Positions 63,013-64,000 of a DNA stretch of 64,000 nucleotides are shown here, in pieces. The translations under genes and the position numbers were made by a program. The notes beneath the pieces were generated by a model that saw only the letters and a program-made list of their open reading frames with translations, was not told where the DNA came from and did no database searches. The DNA is from Nymphaea colorata (taxonomy: Eukaryota). The stretch covers positions 28,644,001 through 28,708,000 of the forward strand of contig NC_045138.2 of NCBI RefSeq assembly GCF_008831285.2, read 5' to 3'. Each line of letters starts with the position of its first letter. Position 1 is the stretch's first letter.

Positions 63013-63588
63013 TCATTCCGGCCGAATGCGACTCCTGCAGAGTGGACACGAGCTCTCGCGCACGAGCCACTGCAATATGCAGCCCTGGTGGTAAGCGTGC
63101 GAGCACGGCAACCTCTTCCCGCACGCGCCGCCGCCGAGCTCTTCCATGCAGACGGCGCAGGTGCCGCCTTCGGAGGCAGTCGGCATGCCGGAAACCAGAA
63201 TTTCCGGCGTCGGAAAGTTTCTTGAATTCGCATCCACCGGCGGCATCCTTGGCCAGTCGAAGATCGGGCAGCAGAGCGCCTCGTCGAGATCGAAGGACGG
63301 CGAGTCCGACGGGAGGACTCCCTGTCCCGCTCGTATTCTCGGCGAATCGACGACGGGACAGCAGAGAGCATCGTCAAGATCGAAGGACGGCAGCAAGGCC
63401 GACGCAAAGACTCCTCCTCGTTCGGTGCGCATTCCCGCCGGCCTCGTTCCCGAGTCGACGATCCCGGAGCAGAGCGCCTCATCAAGATCGAACGAAGGAA
63501 AGGACGGACGAGGGAAGCGTTGTTCCGTGCCGTTCTCGGCAGGATTCCGGCGATTGATGGGCTTAGACCGATCGGATTCGAACGCCAT
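63013..63588 (-). CDS. Intronless RING-H2 (C3H2C3) E3 ubiquitin ligase, 191 aa, with three PSFDLD(E/D)ALC repeats; paralog of 48116-48523
   Basis: CAVCMEEL...LPCSHAYHQGCILQWLVRESSCPLCRSRIRPE. The ATG at 63588 lies about 60 nt after TATATATT (63653-63646). The ORF is formally open from 63822. G-box CACGTG at 63793 and W-box at 63837. Confidence 0.92.
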   Translation of the reverse strand: MAFESDRSKPINRRNPAENGTEQRFPRPSFPSFDLDEALCSGIVDSGTRPAGMRTERGGVFASALLPSFDLDDALCCPVVDSPRIRAGQGVLPSDSPSFDLDEALCCPIFDWPRMPPVDANSRNFPTPEILVSGMPTASEGGTCAVCMEELGGGACGKRLPCSHAYHQGCILQWLVRESSCPLCRSRIRPE

Positions 63589-64000
63589 AGTCGGATATTC
63601 TCCCGTGAATTTGGAATGCCCCTGCCAGTCGAGGCTCTGGCGATGAATATATAGAGAACAGGTGGAACATAACTTTACCAGAATACCCTTATTGCTACCG
63701 TATCGGGTAACGGAACGGAGTTGTGTCTCTGGTTCGACGTGGAAATTCCAATAACGCCACTTTTGAGAAGTTTCTATCCTCACGGGAACCCGCACGTGAC
63801 TTGGGTGCGTTTGCCCCTCCATTAAAATCCTACCAAGGTCAAGATCTTATCATACATTCATTTTCCCAGGCGGCTGATCAACTATAACACGTCTTTGTGG
63901 TTTCTCCTCTTAGTTGTCATGAAAATTTTGTAGGATCTTCGACAGTGGAATCTGATCGGCTCTGATTCTGCTGCGCAAGTTCGCCAGCAGCTCGTGTGGG

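Noticed and set aside
62677..63646. Several 166-215-aa ORFs overlapping RING gene 2 on both strands
   Set aside because: These are shadow frames of a GC-rich, internally repeated CDS with no domain content.
63589..63822. 78-aa in-frame N-terminal extension of RING gene 2 from ATG 63822
   Set aside because: It crosses the TATA-like box and G-box, is AT-richer than the CDS and has no counterpart in the paralog. It is probably promoter, though TSS data are needed to exclude it.

Overview
This is flowering-plant nuclear DNA: AT-rich, with spliced genes and many MITEs and microsatellites. The species cannot be confirmed from sequence alone. I can build six protein-coding loci with GT-AG exon structures: the last three exons of MMS19/MET18 (+); a complete 15-exon organellar tryptophanyl-tRNA synthetase (-); a CCHC-knuckle SHAQKYF MYB of the MYBS3/KUA1 clade (-); a complete 10-exon cereblon homolog (+); and two intronless RING-H2 E3 ligase paralogs facing each other about 14.5 kb apart. 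Non-genic content includes an internally deleted Ty1/copia remnant, a small rearranged plastid DNA insertion (trnI/trnA plus rrn23 pieces) and several MITE families. The best leads are a FDLDEAL module present once in one RING paralog and three times in the other, an Arg-rich uORF whose stop overlaps the MYB start codon (AUGA), the intact cyclic-imide pocket of plant cereblon, and the mosaic plastid insertion. I found no evidence for a new multi-gene system. All homology calls come from remembered family motifs, not database searches.
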